Positions 33,833-35,790 of a stretch of DNA of 35,790 nucleotides are shown one piece after another. Both the position numbers and the translations under genes were made by a program. The DNA is from a virus (taxonomy: Duplodnaviria; Caudoviricetes): positions 1 through 35,790 of the IMG/VR virus record IMGVR_UViG_3300031965_000096. One strand, written 5' to 3'. Within the stretch, counting starts at the first letter, position 1; each line of letters starts with the position of its first letter. Under the pieces are notes generated by a model, which searched no databases, was not told the DNA's origin, and saw only the letters and a list, made by a program, of their open reading frames with translations.

Positions 33833-35486
33833 CCGTCTGATAACCCTGCCGCCCGGCTCACCCGAGTTGTCTCTTGGTTGTGCTGCTGCGTGGTGGGCGA
33901 TGCACAACCTGGTCCAGCCGAACGGCCCCAATGCGGGCCAGCTGTGGCGTCCCACGCCGGGGCAGCTCCGATTCCTCGACTGGTGGTATGCCGTTGACGA
34001 GCAGGCGAGGTGGCTGTTCCACCATGCCGTACGGAGGCTGGCGAAAGGGTCGGGGAAGAGCCCGTTCGCTGCGGTATGGGCGCTCCTTGAGTTCCTGGGT
34101 CCGGTCCGGGTCAAGGACATCAGCGACCGTCCAGAGAAGTGCCCCTACTGCAGCGAGAAGCATCGGGTTGTAATCGGCACTCCGGTGGACATGCCGCTGG
34201 TCCTGATCGCTGCAACGGCCGAGTCTCAGACGTCGAACACGATGCGGATGATCCGCGCCTTCGCTCCGAAACGCTCCGAGCTGGTCGCCAAGTATGACCT
34301 CGACCCTGGGAAGACCCAGTACTACCGGCAGCCGGAAGGCGAGCTGAAAGTCATCACCTCGTCGTACATGGCGGCTGAGGGGGCCGAACCGACCGCGCAG
34401 GTTGCGGACGAGACGGAGTACTGGGTGCCGACCAACGGCGGGATCGACCTGTTTGACACTCTCGTTGACAACGCCACCAAGTCCGGTTCGAGGCTCATGG
34501 AGACCTCGAATGCTTGGAAGCCGGGCGCGGGGTCGGTGGCCGAGCAGTCTTGGGATGCGTGGCTCGCCCAGGAGGAGGGCCGCCACCGGGCCGACACCAG
34601 AATCCTCTACGACGCGCGGATGGCGCCGCCCGACACGAAGCCCGATGCGAACAACCCGTCGTCTCTCCGTGCCGCTCTCGAGTTCGTCTATGCAGACGCG
34701 TGGTGGCAGGACCTCGATCCGATCATGCAAAGGTTCTGGGCGAAGAACGCCCGACCCGACGAGAACAAGCGGAAGTATCTGAACTGGCCGACCGTCTCCG
34801 AAGACGCCTGGGTCGACCCGGCCGACTGGTCGAAGCTGGGCCCGGCCGGCTGGGAGAAGGAAGAGCCGTTCCCGCAGGTCGGAGACGACGACTGGATTGT
34901 TCTCTTCTTCGACGGTTCCAAGTCACGGGACGCCACCGCCCTGATCGGTTGTCGGATCAGCGACGGGCATGTGTTCTCGCTGGGAGTGTGGGAGCCGGAT
35001 CCGGCACACAACGCAGACGAGACAGTCGACGCCAACGCCGTTGACTTCGCAGTGCGTAGGGCGTTCGACCGGTTCGATGTGGCGGCGTTCTTCGCTGATG
35101 TGCGGGAGTGGGAATCGTGGGCTCTGACCGAGTGGCCCAACCGGTACAAGGACGACTTGAAGATCCATGCTGCGCCGAACGCGAAACCGCCTCAGCCGAT
35201 CGCGTGGGACATGCGCGGCCACACCTACGAGTTCGCCAAGGCGGTCGAAGCGTGCCGCACCGAGATCCTCGAAGGCGAGTTCACCCATGACGGCGACCCT
35301 GCAGTCGCACGCCATGTCGGGAATGCCAGGGCGAAGGAATACCGGGACGCCGTGACGATCAGCAAAGAGTCCCCCGGCTCGCCACGAAAGATCGACGCCG
35401 CTGTCTGTGTTGTGGGAGCCCGGATGGTCCGTCGGATCGTGCTGGGCAAAGGCCTCCGCCAGAGGTCCGGCAAGGCCGCTTTCTAG
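33792..35486 (+). CDS. terL: Terminase large subunit
   Basis: Walker A KGSGKS, Walker B ADETE, and nuclease motifs FDGSKSRDATALIG and KIDAAV. Confidence 0.95.
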   Translation: MPTLEATGSVAPTDRLITLPPGSPELSLGCAAAWWAMHNLVQPNGPNAGQLWRPTPGQLRFLDWWYAVDEQARWLFHHAVRRLAKGSGKSPFAAVWALLEFLGPVRVKDISDRPEKCPYCSEKHRVVIGTPVDMPLVLIAATAESQTSNTMRMIRAFAPKRSELVAKYDLDPGKTQYYRQPEGELKVITSSYMAAEGAEPTAQVADETEYWVPTNGGIDLFDTLVDNATKSGSRLMETSNAWKPGAGSVAEQSWDAWLAQEEGRHRADTRILYDARMAPPDTKPDANNPSSLRAALEFVYADAWWQDLDPIMQRFWAKNARPDENKRKYLNWPTVSEDAWVDPADWSKLGPAGWEKEEPFPQVGDDDWIVLFFDGSKSRDATALIGCRISDGHVFSLGVWEPDPAHNADETVDANAVDFAVRRAFDRFDVAAFFADVREWESWALTEWPNRYKDDLKIHAAPNAKPPQPIAWDMRGHTYEFAKAVEACRTEILEGEFTHDGDPAVARHVGNARAKEYRDAVTISKESPGSPRKIDAAVCVVGARMVRRIVLGKGLRQRSGKAAF

Positions 35487-35493
35487 GAGGATC

Positions 35494-35790
35494 ATGCCCC
35501 TAACCGACGAGCAGGTGTTCGAAGCCGTCGAAGAACTCAAGAACCAGCGGTCTAAGGACATGTCCCGGCTCGACCGGATCCGCAACTACCTCCGTGACGA
35601 CCCTGACCGGAGAAACCTTGAGGGGTTGCCGTCGGGGACGCCGGTGGAGATGCAGCGTCTCGCCCGCCTGTCACGAGTGAACATGTTGAAGTTCGTGGTG
35701 AACAGCCGGGTCCAGTCGATGTATGTGGACGGGTTCCGGGCCCCCCGCGCCGATTCGGATGCGGAGACGTGGGCGGTGTGGCAGGCGAAC
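35494..35790 (+). CDS. Portal protein, 5' part (continues at the window start)
   Basis: AGGAGG RBS, ATG 35494; in frame with VEMQRLARL at the repeat. Confidence 0.9.
   Translation, partial: MPLTDEQVFEAVEELKNQRSKDMSRLDRIRNYLRDDPDRRNLEGLPSGTPVEMQRLARLSRVNMLKFVVNSRVQSMYVDGFRAPRADSDAETWAVWQAN
35637..35790. repeat. Terminal direct repeat, copy 2
   Basis: Matches 1-154 with 3 mismatches. Confidence 0.97.

Overview
The window looks like a complete, circularly permuted temperate siphovirus genome of about 35.64 kb. Bases 1-154 recur at 35637-35790, and the portal gene runs across that join. High GC and gene content suggest an Actinomycetota host (inference). Gene order: HNH, terS, terL, portal, head genes (plus a tRNA-Met-like gene), a cytidylyltransferase/FkbM-methyltransferase/Stealth-like cluster, neck and tail genes with a -1 chaperone frameshift, lysis, a leftward repressor/integrase/GT87 operon, a divergent promoter switch, then early and replication genes. 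The main finding is a nuclease-less IS110/Nop-like (TasA-like) gene at 22247-23269. Its own reading frame contains five stem-loop units of the form stem-CCN-9nt-CGRHAGCCA-9nt-CG-stem, resembling a TIGR-type guide-RNA array. Other notable features: a dif-like 11-6-11 site inside the repressor gene (candidate attP, integration-dependent immunity), a putative virion surface-modification cluster, a C5-methyltransferase coded in two overlapping frames, and direct repeats at early-gene junctions. All calls come from reading motifs by eye; no database searches were run.
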